Notes: generated from the letters alone by a model not told the origin. Shown: positions 26,330 to 39,907, numbered from the stretch's first letter. The stretch is DNA of 64,000 bases from Lama glama (GCA_028534125.1 CM052817.1:106270001-106334000), one strand, 5' to 3'. A program made the numbers and translations.

Positions 26330-28295
26330 ACCCTGTCCCAATACCCTAGGGACCAGCTTTGTGATTCTTCCGTAGGAATTTGCCGTAAACTCCAAACAGC
26401 ATCTTTTCTCACATGGAGAGCCTCACTGTCACAGTGTCTGTGGATCGTAGCGCCCAAGCTTCAGGGCTGCCAGTGCTGTAGCCTGCACTTGTCACAGAGC
26501 CCTGTGTCAGTCTGGGCCTCCCTGTCTAGACAGAATGATGTCATCAATATAATGCATCAGTGTAATATTCTGAGGGGTGTCCAGATGGTCCAGGTCTTTT
26601 GGGATCATGTTATTTCAAAAAGCTGGAGAGTTAACACAGCCCCGTGAAAAATCTGTAAATGAACATTATCGGCCATTCCACGTGAATGTGAATCCCTTCT
26701 GATCCTCTATACTAAAAAACATAGGGGAAAAAAACACACACTCAAAATCAATGGCCAATTTGCCACGTGCTAAGGCTTTATTGATCTGTTCTGGCAGTGA
26801 TACCATCTAAAATCGCAGTCACTCTCGTGGCTCCTCCTTGATTCGATCTACCTTTTTTCTCAAGGATCCAGGCAGTTTCCATAATTTTTTTGTAGTTTCT
26901 GCAACAGACAAGGACACTCAGGAAGAGAAGAAGTGACCACAGTTTGGGATGTCGACCCAGTGGACTTACCACCACTTGGACTCTATGCTTCAGCCCCATT
27001 AGCCCCAGTGATATTAAAGAGGCCAGCTCCGACCACCTCTGCTAATACCAGCCCTAGCTTTCAGATCGGGTGCATGAGATCCAACGCAGAACATGCAGAG
27101 ATTCTGGTTTCCCTCCCACCAGAACTTTTCTGATAGTCTTGGGGAATGGTAGGTCCTCCATCCCTCCCATGGACTATAATCATCTCTTGGTGCTCTGGTT
27201 TTACAGAATATACCCAACTCAATACACCCACTTCCCTGAGCCTTCTTATTTTTCCCTCTGTCCCCTGCTAGGACAGCTCAGGTCTTGTCCACTTTTCCCC
27301 ATTTGGGCCATTGCTTTCTTCAGGCTTCTCTGAACCACTACAGCTATAAGTGTGCCCCTGGAGTGCTCACAGGTTGTTAAATCTCAGATCCCAAGAAAGT
27401 GCCCACAAGTCAATGACGTCTTGCTGATTCAGTCAAAATTCTGATCCTCTTGATCAACTACTCACAAAACCCAGCCCCAGGGATATTCCTCTGGTTCTTA
27501 CCAATGAAGCTAGTTACTCCTTATAATTCCCTTGGCATGTCCAGAATGATATTATTCTGGAATGTACCCCTTTTTTTTTTCAGCCTGGGAGCCAGGAGAG
27601 AAGGGATGGAAAATTCCTGAGGGTGATAACCATTTGCTTTAGTGGCTTGGCCTCTCTGGATGCTTCCTGCACAAGGGAAAGACCAGATCTTCCTGGGAAA
27701 TGAGTGAGCCACTCAGGAATGTGAATAAGATCCAGGATTATCTGAAGAGACAGGATTCTTGGAGACATCCGTCCAGATGTCACCTTCACACGTTTCCGTG
27801 TTCCGGGTTCTCATCCAGAGTCCTCATCTTAGTTTTGCATGGGCATTTAAACATCTCTGGAACTCTCTGACTCAAACTTCCAAAACCAATGACTGTTCCT
27901 CTTTGCATTTCTACTGCAGGAGACATGAACGCATCTTTTGTAAACTAGGAAAAATGGTCCTTTGGCCCCCACACTTAGCTTAATTGTTAACCTTCTCCGC
28001 ATCTCATTGTTTCTCTGCAGAGTGTCAGTGTAGCTAACAACCAGTCAACTCCACTGTCTTTTGAGAAATTTTCCTCTCCTTTCACTTAAATGACTGAATC
28101 ATTACACTGGCAAGGGGATTCTGGTCACTTGGGAATTTTCTCAGGCCATTTCCAGTAAAATTCTCAGCAGTAAGGTCATCAAATTTTGTCAAGGATTACC
28201 TATACCCTCCATTCAATTCAGAACGGAGACCTCCTTGCCACTTGGGTAGTTGATGGCTCCATCCCCAATGCCAATTGTTCAATCACTCTGATTAT
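26330..28295 (-). mobile_element. Degenerate ERVL-class internal sequence (gag, protease, RT)
   Basis: Reverse complement shows RT-like motifs (cagaagggattcacattcacgtggaatggc, about QKQFAFTWNG; ttatattgatgacatcattctg, about YIDDIIL). Confidence 0.7.
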
Positions 28296-28299
28296 CATC

Positions 28300-28845
28300 T
28301 GTGTTTTCCATGTGCCTCTAAGAGGCAGACATTAAAGTTGAATTAGACTTCCATGAAATGTGTTGAGAGGAATCCCTGTATTGCTTTACAAGAAGGAGCA
28401 GGACCAGGTTGGGAGAGCCTTAAGAAAACAGTGCAGTATTGGGCGCCCTGGAGAGAGAACAAGAAAGAATGGCTGAGTAAAAAGAGCCTCAGCCCACAGA
28501 ACAATTTTGGAAAAAAAATTTTTGTGTGGCCAGGTCAGTGACAAGTCACTGAGCAGAAATTACCCATCAGAAGGGTCCCTCATTGGACAAAAATGGGGCC
28601 ATGACTAGCACCCCACCGTACTCAATCATGGGCTGAGAGCAGCCAGAGAATGTTTGGTCTTGGTACACATGAAGTGAGGCTTCCAAAAAGGCGCTACCTG
28701 TGGCTGTTAGTTACTTATTTCCCTGCAGCAGATTTTCTAGGATTCCTGCGTGCACACATCCACGGCCATCAGACCTCCCGATAAACTGCTCAAACACAAG
28801 TCCTCCTCTCCGGATCTGCTTCCAGGTGAAAGCAAACTAACAGAG
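28300..28845. mobile_element. ERVL LTR fragments (LTR16/LTR33-like) in both orientations
   Basis: Minus-strand LTR start near 28300; plus-strand 3' end 'ataaactgctcaaacacaagtcctcctctccggatctgcttccagg' at about 28780-28843. Confidence 0.5.
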
Positions 28846-28899
28846 TTTTCCTTTCCTTTCCCTTCTTTCTTTTTCTCCCCCTATTTTCACAGTGAGTTT

Positions 28900-29490
28900 A
28901 CATAACCGTGGTCTAAGCTATGAAAATATGGAGGACGTTTGAGGAGCAATTTGCTCCTAGTATTTTCTTGGTAGGAAAATTTAAACTAGTAATTTCATTT
29001 CTTTAGTGAAGGGCTATTCAGATGTGTAAATATACCTTTTTGAATCAGTTTTGGTAACTTATTTTATCTTGGAATGCATGCATTTTGCCTGTGTTGGAAA
29101 TTTTGTCGCTATACAGATGTTTAGAGTATTTGAATTATTGATGCCACTAGTCACATTTCTTTTTGCTAATATAATTTCTCTTGCTTCCTAGCTTTAGTTC
29201 TTGGTGATTATTGGCGGACATTTGTCTATCTTGTTAGCCATTTCAAAGAACCACGTTTTAGCTTTACATATCTTCTCCATTGTATCTTTTTTGTTTCATT
29301 AATTTTTGCTGTGTATATCTTGTTTCTTCTAAATTTTGGATTTGTTTTGCTTTTTAAATGTCTTTTGTAATTTTTCAGTTGGGAAATATGCTCATGAACT
29401 TTTAGTCTTTCTTATTTTCTAAAATAAGCATTTCCAAATAATAATTTTACCTATAACTTACTTCAATGTTCATTTCTAAGTATTTTTAAA
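28900..29490 (-). mobile_element. Very old L1M ORF2 fragment
   Basis: T-rich antisense L1 pattern ('atttcaaagaaccacgttttagc'). Confidence 0.55.
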
Positions 29491-29493
29491 TTA

Positions 29494-29941
29494 TGCAGGT
29501 AATGATTAATGCATCAACCTGACTGGCCATGGAGTGCCCAGATATCCGATTAAAAGTTATTCTGAGTGTGTCTGTAAGAGTATTTCCTGATGAGAGTAAT
29601 ATTTGAGCTGATAGACTGAATAAAGCCATCTTCCCCCATGGGGATGGGTCTCATCCAATCTGTTGAAGGCCTGGATAGAACAAAAGGCTAAGTAAGAGAG
29701 AATTTGCTCTCTCTCTCTGATGGTCTTTAAACTGACACATCAGTCTCTTCCTACCTTGGAACTGAGACTGGAGCTTACACCAGCATTTCTCCTCGTTTTT
29801 ATGTCTTCAAACAACAAATCATGGGATGACTCAGCATACGTAATTGCCTGAGCCAGTCCCTTATATTTAGCTCTATCTCTCTCTCCATCATCTTTCTATT
29901 TATCTTAATGGTTTTGTCTCTGGACAACTTTGAATAATATA
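29494..29941 (+). mobile_element. MLT2 LTR (5' LTR of an ERVL)
   Basis: 'catcaacctgactggccatggagtgcccagata', 'ctcatccaatctgttgaaggcctggatagaacaaaaggc', directly followed by the ERVL internal start 'aatttggtg'. Confidence 0.85.
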
Positions 29942-30419
29942 AATTTGGTGTGAAAAATTATTGTAAAGAAACAGACTTTAAAGAATAAATTTCCAAGGCA
30001 ATTCTAAGATTTCTGGAATTGACTCTCCAATCTGATTAGATTTAAAGATGCTAATGCTCTATTTTCAGTAATAGAGAAAAAAAAAGCTAACAACAAAACA
30101 AAACAGTGCTAGTCCATGGCAACAGGTACATGTGAAACAACTCCATTATATGCTTCTAAATCAACCACTTGCAAGAAGCAAGAAGTTGGGTGACTGTATA
30201 TGATATTTTTGATTGTTTTTTTAGAAAACTCACAAATTTAATGAACTTAAAGAGGGTAAAAACTGGTTGCTCCTAATATCCTTGAGTAAAGTGATGAATG
30301 AAAATGATGAGTTCAGGAATTCAAATTTCCAATTGCACATAAGTGATCTGAAAGTTTCTATGTGTTGCCTGAAGAAGACCCTTATCTCTTACAGATACAG
30401 GGCTGAGACTCCTGACAAG

Positions 30420-30650
30420 GAAATGAAGATTAGCAGATAAAAACTACTATATGTAAAATAGGTAAACAGCAAGGTCTTACTGTATAGCACAGGGAACTAT
30501 ATTCAATAACTTATACTAACCTATAATGAAAAAGAAAATATATATGTAAACCTGAATCACTATGCTGTACAGCAGAAACCAACACAACATTGTAAATCAA
30601 CTGTACTTCACAAAAAAAAAAAAAGAAGAAGAAAGAAAGGCAAGAAAGCA
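30420..30650 (+). mobile_element. L1 3' tail inserted in ERVL gag
   Basis: 'ctgtatagcacagggaactatattcaata...cacaacattgtaaatcaactgtacttc' plus poly(A). Confidence 0.85.
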
Positions 30651-31749
30651 AGAAAAAAATTTAGCAGCATTGATTTAAGAAAGAATGAGATCCTGTAAGT
30701 TGGGGTGGGGACATTGCAAAAGACTCAGATGAAAATGAGACATTGAGATCCCACATTCCCATGAGTCTCCTTTGCTAGTTGCCTCCCGAACTCTCGCAGA
30801 AGCAGCCTCCCCACTCCCGGTGGTTTCAGCCTTTGCACCCACTTATGAGGGAATTCACCTTGCATCGCCTGAGAAAACTGTAATGGGCTCCTCTGAGTTA
30901 GTTGTAATGCAAAACATTGTTGATGCTCTTCAAGACCTACCCCTAGCATCCTTCTTTTCTTCTAGACTTACAACTCTGCTGAAGTCCTAGCTTGCCTTTT
31001 AAAGATAGGTACAAAGTACGACACATGAGGAGCTTTCCTAGAGTCCAAAACCACTACTTGAGTTTTCTAATTTACACACTAAATTCTGAGGTTCGTTCAT
31101 GAGACTGGATACGAAGCATCTGGGATACTGAAAGTTGTATCAGGCTGAATTTATAGATACAGGCTCACTAAGGAGAGATTCTGCATTTATATCACAGCTC
31201 AGAGAGTTAGGATCGTATCGAACAGTTTATTTTGTTGACTGAGTCATGTATCAAAAGGTCACCATGAGCAAATTAGAAATGCTGGACCTGTCTTGTTTTA
31301 CTATAGAAGGAGGAATTCAAAGTCTCGGGGAGACTGGAGTATTAGCATGGATTGTTCATTTAATATCTACTCACCCACAGTGCCAGGGTACAGAGGATGT
31401 ACCCTTCACCAATACAGTGAGACGTAGACTTATGAGGGGGGCTTTGGTCTCCCTGAAGAGCTCTGTGATCACTCTTCTCTGTTGGGTCTCCAGTCAATGA
31501 AATGGGAAGCCTAAATGCAGTGGCATTCATTGAATCCCGAGGTGGTAAGGAGTAAGTGGCATCACTCAACCACCGTGGCAAGGTGGTGGGCATAGTCACT
31601 GCCACAGACAGCGAAGTCAGAGCAACAGCCCAAACAGCCTGACTCGTGCAGACCTTCTGCTTTGGCTAGTTGGTCTAGGTGTCCCTACGAGTGAAATAGA
31701 TAGGAAACCTACTAAATTATGCTTTAGTCTACATCAACAAAACAGTTCT

Positions 31750-32770
31750 CTTTTTCTGGCCCCCGCTCAAATCTAGCAGATTATCAGGTCCCTCAGTGAA
31801 CGTGCTCGAGGAACACAGTCAATATTCCAAAACTCAAAAGGGCCCTGTTGTCATTGGCTCTCCTTTTTTTTTTTTTTTTTAATATAAGAAGGACCCAAAG
31901 CAATGACTTATCCTTCACTGTAGAGGGGACATCTCAGCATGCCTGCACCACTGGGCCCCTAGACATTTCACTGAGAGAGATGGCCCCTGGATTTCTGTCA
32001 GATTTATTTCCCATTCTGTGGTTTGCAGTGTCTTACCAGTAAATATAGAGACGCTGCTGTCTTACTCACGAGGTCCAACCAGCACAATGTCATCCATGTA
32101 CTGGGTCAGAGACATTTGTGGAAGACAAAGGGCAATTATAGTCCCTGAGAACCAATTTATGACAGGACTGGAGAGTGGATGCCACCCCGAGGTAGCACAG
32201 AGAAGGTGTAATTATGTTGGCCTTGCTGGCTGAAAGTGAACTGCTTCTGGTGGTCTTTACTAACAGGCATCAAGAAAAAGGCATTTGCCCCATCGATAGC
32301 TGTGTGCAAGGTCACATGGGATGCTTTAACTTGCAGAAGCAAGGAAACTACTTCTGGTCTATCAGCTACAATTAGACGACTCAGCTGGTTAAGCTTATGA
32401 TGACCCACTGTCTTTCTTCGAGATCCATCTGTCTCCTACACAGGCCACATATGAGTGCAATGGGGATGTGGTAGGAATCACCACTCCCACATCCTTCAGG
32501 TCTTCAATGGTGGCACTAAACTTAGCAGCTCCTCCGCACATGCAGCAGTATTTCAGTTTACTGTTTTCCCAAGTAGAGGCAGTTTTAGTCTCTACCTGGC
32601 CTTTCCACCATAATAGCCCAAACAGCACAGGTCACCAAACCAATATGGGGTTTGTGCCAGCTGCAGAGTATATGTATTCCAATTAGAAACTCTTAAGAAC
32701 TCGATAAATAATTACAGAATGGGTCCAGAGATGAACTCCATGGTGAGTCATTTCTGACCATTTAAGTCAT
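31750..32770 (-). mobile_element. Inverted ERVL protease-end/RT segment
   Basis: Minus-strand ORFs 32395-32628 (SATIEDLKDVGVVIPTTSP) and 32157-32408 (AIDGANAFFLMPVSKDHQKQFTFS...YTFSVLPRG...SP). Confidence 0.85.
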
Positions 32771-33719
32771 TCTGGTCTGGTACTGAGCTTAGTAGAGACT
32801 GAAAACTTAACCATGGGCCACCAAGTTACCGTGTGGACCAAACGGTCCCCCTCCTGCCACTCTGCCTTCCCTCCTCCAGCCTCACTTGTGACCCTGTGGG
32901 GAGCTCCCTATGACTGGGGACAGGGGAAGAGAAGACTGGGGTCTGGTTCACAGGTGGGTCTGAGGGAAGCAGGCGCATCCTGAAAGCGGACAGTGCAGCA
33001 CCACTGCCCCTTCCTGGGACGCCCCTGAAGGACGGTGGTAAAGGGCAGTCCTCCCAGGGGGAGGAACTCCGAGCAGCACACTTTATTATTCACTTTTCTG
33101 CAGAGGAGAAATGGCCAGATGTGCAATTACATACCAGTTCGTGGGCAGTGCCCAATGGTTTGGCTAGATCTTCAGGGATTTGGAAGGCATGTAATTGAAA
33201 AGTTGGCCACAAGGAAATTTGGGGAAGAGATATGTGGATAGGCCTCTCTGAATGGGTAAACAACAGGAAGATATTTGTCTTCCGTATGAATGCTCACCAA
33301 AGTGTGACCTCAGCAGGAGAGGATTTTTAATAATCGAGTGGACAAGATGATTTGTTCTGTAGATACCAGTGAACCCCTGTTCCCAGACACCCGTGTCATT
33401 GCCCAAAGAGCTCATGAACAAAGTGATGGGTCTCCAGGAGGCTGTAAATGATCTGAGTCAGTGTTCAATGTATGGTACTGGTTCTGCCCTTAGCCATGAC
33501 TCATGGGTTCAAGGATAAAGGGGTGGACCACTCATTATTACCCCTAGTAATTCACTAACAAAAATTTTCCTTCCTTTCCTGGGACCTTATGCTCTGCTGG
33601 CCTGGAGATCTTAGTTCCAGAAGGAGGAACACTTCCACCAGGAACACAATGGTTAGATTGAACGCTGCTGCCTGGCTACACTAACCTTTCCTTCACCGTT
33701 GTGCACCCACTGGGACTTG

Positions 33720-34700
33720 GCTTTAACTTCTTACATTTTGGATATTTTGCCCTGCACTTAATTATTCTGCGTATTTTCTTCCTTTCTTGGCTTAAAAACA
33801 TAAAATTGTTTTAAAAACTTGTTTCTACTTTTTTTTAATTCAGTTTTCTTCTTTGCTCATGTAAAACATATATATTCCCTATTCTTTATCTGGATATCAT
33901 TAAAATTTTACCAAGCATCATTTATTGTATACAGTCTAAATTCAATGCCTCTTTCCTCCCCAAAATAAAAGCTTTAGAAAATTTAAACTATAATAAATAC
34001 TCTCCTGGCTTAAATCGTTTTCTAGTATTTTAACACTATCATTTTTAATATCATAAATAAGACTTTTAAGAAAATCAAAACAGAATGTTATTTACTTTTA
34101 TTCTTCTAAATCTCTGCTTATCATTCTTTCTTGCATCTCAGAGCTCCCTCCTAGTCTACGGGCACAGTCTCCTTCTCCTGGTGAGATTCTTTAGTATAGC
34201 CTTGCTAGTGGTAATCACAGATTTTGTGTATTTAAGAATTTTCTTTACTTGACTTTGTTTTTAAAATATACTTTTTTTTCTGGATATAAAAAAAACTTGA
34301 TTAACAATAATGTTCTCTCAGCATTCTATGCCAAAATACAGAACTCTGTCTTCAGGCTTTAGCTGCTGAGAAATCTGTCATTAGTCTAAATGTTCCCATG
34401 CATGTGATCCTACACGTCCCTCTGGCTACTTGTAAAATGTCTTCTTTGTGTCTGGTGTTTCTCAGTATTCCTCTAGGTATGCACATATTTGTATTTATCC
34501 TGTGAGTTTTAAACTGGGCTTTGTGTACCTGTGGATTTATGTCTTTAATCTCATCAGGAAATTTTTCAGCCATTCTTTTCTCAAGTGTTTTATTTCCACC
34601 CACCTCTTCATTCTCCACTTCTAGATATTTGATTACACATATATGCTGGACTTTCCCATTCTACCCTTTGTCTCCTAAGTTCTCACCTTTTTTGTATATT
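33720..34700 (-). mobile_element. Old L1/HAL1 ORF1 region
   Basis: ORF 34352-34618(-) MAEKFPDEIKDINPQVHKAQ...KEDILQVARG...RLMTDFS is L1 ORF1p-like. Confidence 0.75.
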
Positions 34701-35000
34701 CTTTTTTATTATTGAAGTATAGTTGTTTTATGACATTATATTAGTATCAGGTGTACAGCATAGTGATTCAATATTTTTATAGCTAATTCTCCATTTAATG
34801 TTGTTATAACATAATGGCTTTATTTCTGTGTGTTGTACAATATATCCTTGTTGCTTATTTATTTGGTACATAGTATTTTGTATCACTTAATCCCATATCC
34901 CTAATATGTCCCTCTCCTGTCCCCCTCCCCACTGGGACATAAAACAAATGGATGGATACAACAAACCAGAAACAGACTCATTATATAGAAAACAAACTGA
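34701..35000 (-). mobile_element. Short L1 3' insertion with a 5' inversion
   Basis: Antisense tail to about 34935, then the sense-orientation adjacent segment 'aaaccagaaacagactcattatatagaaaacaaact'. Confidence 0.75.
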
Positions 35001-35384
35001 ATGTGTTTTTATTCTGTTTTCTACCTAGTAACTGTCTAGAGCCATTTTAGCCCCATTCAAAGGTTTCTGGGTTTAATTTGAGGGGCTCGGGTTTCATCCT
35101 GCACTTTGCTGCTGGTAAAAAACAAACAAATAAAAACAAAGAAACAAACAAAACCAAAAAACAACAAAAAATCCCTTTGTCTGCTAACTATAGCACTGGT
35201 AGTGGGGATTGCCTTGGAGTAACCCACCTTCAACAGGTGATTTCCTGTCTCGGTTTGAATTCAAGTCCTAGTTCCCAGCCTCCCCTTCCCATCTTTGGTT
35301 TGCAGGAGGCCCTTCCAAGTAGCTGGACTGCCAGGCTTCTTTTACAAAGTCCTTTTATGCTTAATATTTCCTTTTTGGTATTTA

Positions 35385-35625
35385 ATTTTTAGCCAACTTT
35401 ACGGTGTGCATTAGCACACACCATAATATTCAGCCACTCTAAGTGTTCAATTTTATAAATTTGGACCAATGTTGATAGTTTTGTAAACATCACAATAATC
35501 AAAACTGAGAACATTTCCATCACCCTGAAAATGTCCTGGTTTTCCTTTATAGTCTATCTCCTCCTGTCCACTCATGAGCCCCTGGTAACCACTGTTCTGT
35601 TTCTCGTTACTATAGTTTTTAGCTA
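35385..35625 (-). mobile_element. L1MB-like 3' end
   Basis: 'aatcaaaactgagaacatttccatcaccctgaaaa...cccctggtaaccactgttctg'. Confidence 0.7.
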
Positions 35626-35918
35626 TTTCTTTTTTGTAAAACTGAAAGCCATGTAGCTGGAAGACCTAATTTCACCTGGGATCATATTATGTCTTGCTTT
35701 CTTAAAGGATTATTTTTATTGTCTCTCTTGTTATCACTACTGCTAAAGACAATTACCTCTAGATACATCAATTTGACTTGTTTTTAGCTTAGAGCCTTCT
35801 AATGAATGAGATCCAAAATTTATTTCCTGCCTTGAGTAGAATACAAAGTGATAAGCAAAGAATGTCTGTTGCTTCCCCTGAGTGTGTTTACTGCACCTCT
35901 TGGTCTGTCTCTGCAGGG

Positions 35919-35994
<76 letters not shown>
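35919..35994. repeat. Interrupted (GT)n microsatellite
   Basis: Seen directly; it explains the CV/TH-rich ORFs. Confidence 0.98.
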
Positions 35995-35995
<1 letters not shown>

Positions 35996-37199
35996 GGGAG
36001 CATTGTAAGATTTTTTCAGGATTTCTCTTTATCTAACTTTAATTTTTGCACTGCTTACATGTAGGATAGAGGAAGCGTTCTGAAATCTGCACGGAACCAT
36101 ATTAGAGAAACTTGTAAAAATGTAAAAATCTCTCTCTTTCAATGAGCGCTGCTTTCAACAGGATTAGGACATGAGACATGGCACCTTCTTTGTCTAATTG
36201 CTGCAGTGTGTTCTCCTGACTTGTTTATCTTCTTTACTGATCACAACATTAGTTTCTATGAGGGGGAATTTAGAAGTCTCGCTTGACTCCATCATACTAA
36301 CTCAAAACCTTAATTTATTTCTGAAACCGCATAAGTAGAAGGAATTGTTATCTCTAGGAAATGATGTCTTTTTCAACACTGGCACTAGAGATTCTGTCAA
36401 GTCATATTTGTATCAAAGCTATTTAGTTTTATAATTTTGTCAAAAGAGTTTATTAAAACAGCCCCACCTCAATAATCTAAAATAAAAAGATATGCAGAGA
36501 TATTTTAACTACTTTGTCTTCACATTCTGCTCTAATCAGTCTATAGACGTGTCTCTATGTTATGCTGTAATTTCTCTGAAACTTGTGTTCTTTGTAACCT
36601 TAGGGCCTAGTAATGTGCATGGCGCCCAGTGTACATTTAATAAAGGCTTTTTATTGACTGAATGGAATCTTGTGACTTAAAAGAGAGTAATACCTCTCAT
36701 AGTCCACATGTTTTGGAATTACAGCCATATGTGTAAAATAAGAATATAATTTCTGTTAAACAAAGACTAGATGTAAACCATACATAATAGAAATAATAAT
36801 TCTTTGCAATTTGTATATAAACTCTGAAAAGAAAATTACCAGTTTAATTGATTCTAGAAAAGCTGATTATGCCAGGAAATATTACACAAGATCCAAAAAT
36901 CAGACAGCAGATCACATCAGACTAGGACAGTGAGAGAAGAGTCAGTAGGACAGACATTAAATAGCTTTGTGACTATGACTTCCCTGAGTGTCCCACTGAG
37001 GATGAGTGGATATTTAATACTAGAGCCCCACACCTATGAAGTACCTGTGGATGTTTTAAATATATTTAATTTGGGTAACCTATGTAGATTTAACTATTCC
37101 CAACAAATGCGTTTGTTGCATTTATCAGGCAGGCATATGGATAAGGCCCCAGTGGGAGATACTCAAGTAGAGACTACTGGCTAATAAGCAAAACGGGCT

Positions 37200-37535
37200 G
37201 TCTTTTCTTCATAGGTCTAGAGCCAGGCTCCATGCGAGTGAGCTAGTGAGGGCCACCTGCACAAGTGGCCCTTTGAAACTTCCCTGGCTCTGCCATGAGC
37301 TCTTTCCATTCCAGATGACTGAAATCTTATTCTCAGGGAAACCCTCAAAGGCATGTGTTGAAAGCGTTGGAGCCTCTATCAGCCTGGGTTCCTGAATCCT
37401 AACATAAAGAGAAACTCCCTATTCCCTACCCCCAGGAAATGAAGCAAAAATAAACGTGCTGGTTTTGAGCCACTACACATTTGGGGACAGTTTGCTACCC
37501 TATCCTACCTTAATTTGTACTATTCCTGACCCAAG
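37200..37535 (+). mobile_element. Old MaLR LTR fragment (MLT1J/K-like)
   Basis: 'cagcctgggttcctga...aaaataaacgtgctggttttgagccactacacatttggggacagtttg'. Confidence 0.55.
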
Positions 37536-38129
37536 TGATATCAATCAACAATTAGAGTTGCTGTCCTGTTATTAAAAATCTGAATTAAACCCACTCCTGT
37601 TTGGGTGTATTAATTCATACCAAAAAAAAAAGCCATCTTTCTGGTCTCCTATATTATAAATGGACAACACATAATTATATATTCAAATATTCCATACAGC
37701 CATTATTTCAAAACATAAAAATATAATACCTCAAAAAATACTGAGAAAGAGCAATAGAGATGAGAAAGGATTTTCTGTTTCTTGCCTCACACTCTTGGAA
37801 TAAACTAGAAGACTCTGTGCTGTTACTACTTACACAAGTGAACTGAAAATATGTATGTGGCATGTGCTGCAGGATATTTTGTAAAAACGAACGCCCATTG
37901 TGTCCATGTTCTTTGAAACGTTTCTTTACATGAAACATATTTTGTCCAATATTAGAACTTCTCACAGGATTTAAATAAGTTGATGAGTTGCTTAATTTCT
38001 CAGGCAAACTACTGTTGCTCCAGCTGAGAGATAAAAGCAGTTTCTTTGTAGCCCTTTCCAAGTCCTTGTATAATAAAAATGTGTCAAAAAACAAACAAAC
38101 AAACAAACAAAACTCTAGAAGGTAGACAA

Positions 38130-38620
38130 TGGAGACTGTAATAATGGGCATTGTCACTAAACAGTTCTGATACCTCAGTGTAACTGTGTTCCCTGTGGGG
38201 CAACAACAAGACATTCAGCAGGAAATTGTATCGTTATTAAAGTCTGATGGATGCGGTCATTAGGGGCAGCGGAAGACTCCCGTTCGGTGGAGGAGCGCTG
38301 TCCAAGGTGCTCTCAGCGGTTTTCATCCCGATTTTTAGAAGAACATGCAAAATGGCATTGCGTACACGCCTTGACAACTTGCCCACGGGGGGCTTCATTA
38401 AAAGCATTTACCATGAAAAATCTTGATAACAGCCTTCTTTGGGAAAGATTGCTGAAAGCTGTCAAATGCTGGTCTTTTGCAGTACATAATGAGCCACTGC
38501 CAGCGCTATATTGCCCTGACGGAAGCTGGGTTTTAAAGGGTTCTCTAGGAGTAAACTCCTACGTTTGTTGTATTTTATGTAATTTGGAAATTTTGTTCGG
38601 AATGTTTATTATGGCTCTCA
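38130..38620. promoter_or_regulatory. Candidate conserved non-coding element or enhancer
   Basis: Unique block with locally retained CpGs in a CpG-poor window, plus TAAT/ATTA and TGACA/TGTCA motifs. Confidence 0.35.
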
Positions 38621-39656
38621 TTTGAGCTCTGCAAGTTGTTCAGCCTTAGTTCATACCCTGATAAGAAGGAAAGGACTGCACACAAGAAGACGATGTTGCT
38701 CTTCCAAAAACACACCAGACCCTCAGCTGTGGTTCTCATTTGAGTTGTGATTTGTTCCATACGTCCTGGTTCCTATTGCTTCAGGATTTGAGTTTAAATT
38801 GTTCAATTTTCTTTGGAGTTAACCAGTTTCTTTATACTTTTATTGTACTTGTATACTCACAACTAACATCCTATCATCCCAGAAACCACATTTTTTCCCC
38901 CTTTAAAATAGGAATCAAAACTTTCTATTTTAATCCTTAGGCTGTGACAGTCGGATGTTCTTAAAATGGAGTGAGTGGTTTGAAACTATTTATATGCCCT
39001 TAGTCTTTTATATACATCTTACTTCCAGTACAAAACAGTTCAAAAAATATGTATTCTCATCCCCTTTGTTATAGAACTGAAATAGTGGATTTTTAACTCT
39101 AAGATATCACCAGGCAGGGATTATTTCCTTATGCTATAAATATCTTTTCTATCCCCTCACTTTTTTCTTGATCATTTTCTTGGAATAGATCTTATTTCCT
39201 GTCCTTGGACTTCCTTGCCTACTCAGAACTCAATCTTCCCTTGCAGTGTCTTGACTCTGATATTATTTGGCCCCACAGGAACTGACAATGCATTGATCCT
39301 GACACCTATTTTCTGGTCCTCATCCCATCCTGGTCTCACTTTTCTTCACTTCTAGATTAGAATCCATGGCTTATCATTATTTTGCTCCCTTGGAACATCC
39401 TCAGCAGCCTCCATAATCTATTTCACCCATAAAGCTGCCTAGAGAGTCCCTAATCTGGGGGTCTTCCATCAACTCTGTGCTTGAAGCAAAATATCTTGTT
39501 GCCTGCTCTCACTTTAAAATATGATCACTGACTTAGTTGGACCTGAACTTGGCTCGGCAATTCTCTTACAATTCCCCTCCCCAGGCCAGTAATTCTCCCA
39601 CTCTCTTCAAGGAGTGTTTTACACCGTCTTCTCTTTAGCCTCAAAATGCTACTCCA

Positions 39657-39907
39657 AGGCGGGTGGGAAGGGATAAATTGGGAGTTAGAGATTTGCAGAT
39701 ACTAACTAATATATATAGAATGGATAAACAGCAAGTTTATGCTGTACATCACAGGGAACTCTATTCAATACCTTGTAGTAACTTATGGTGAAATAGAATA
39801 TGAAAACGACTATATGTATATTCACGTATGACTGAAGTACTGTGCTGTGCACTAGAAATTGACACAACATTGTAAACTGACTATACTGCAATAGGAATAT
39901 ATTTCAG
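39657..39907 (+). mobile_element. Young 5'-truncated L1 with a perfect 14-bp TSD
   Basis: TSD aaaatgctactcca at 39643-39656 and 39908-39921; L1 3' tail sequence between them. Confidence 0.9.

Larger units (their letters stand above)
29942..33670 (+). mobile_element. ERVL internal sequence (gag, RNase H/IN, 3' region), with the RT block inverted
   Basis: gag-like ORF 31246-31500 (EGGIQSLGETGVLAWIVH...EDVPFTNTVRRRLMRGALVSLKSSV); RNase H-like ORF 33035-33241. Confidence 0.85.

Noticed and set aside
35743..36064. ORFs rich in CV or TH repeats
   Set aside because: Translations of the (GT)n microsatellite.
37708..38214. 168-aa minus-strand ORF
   Set aside because: Non-ATG start, includes a (caaa)n repeat, no recognisable domain; probably a chance frame.
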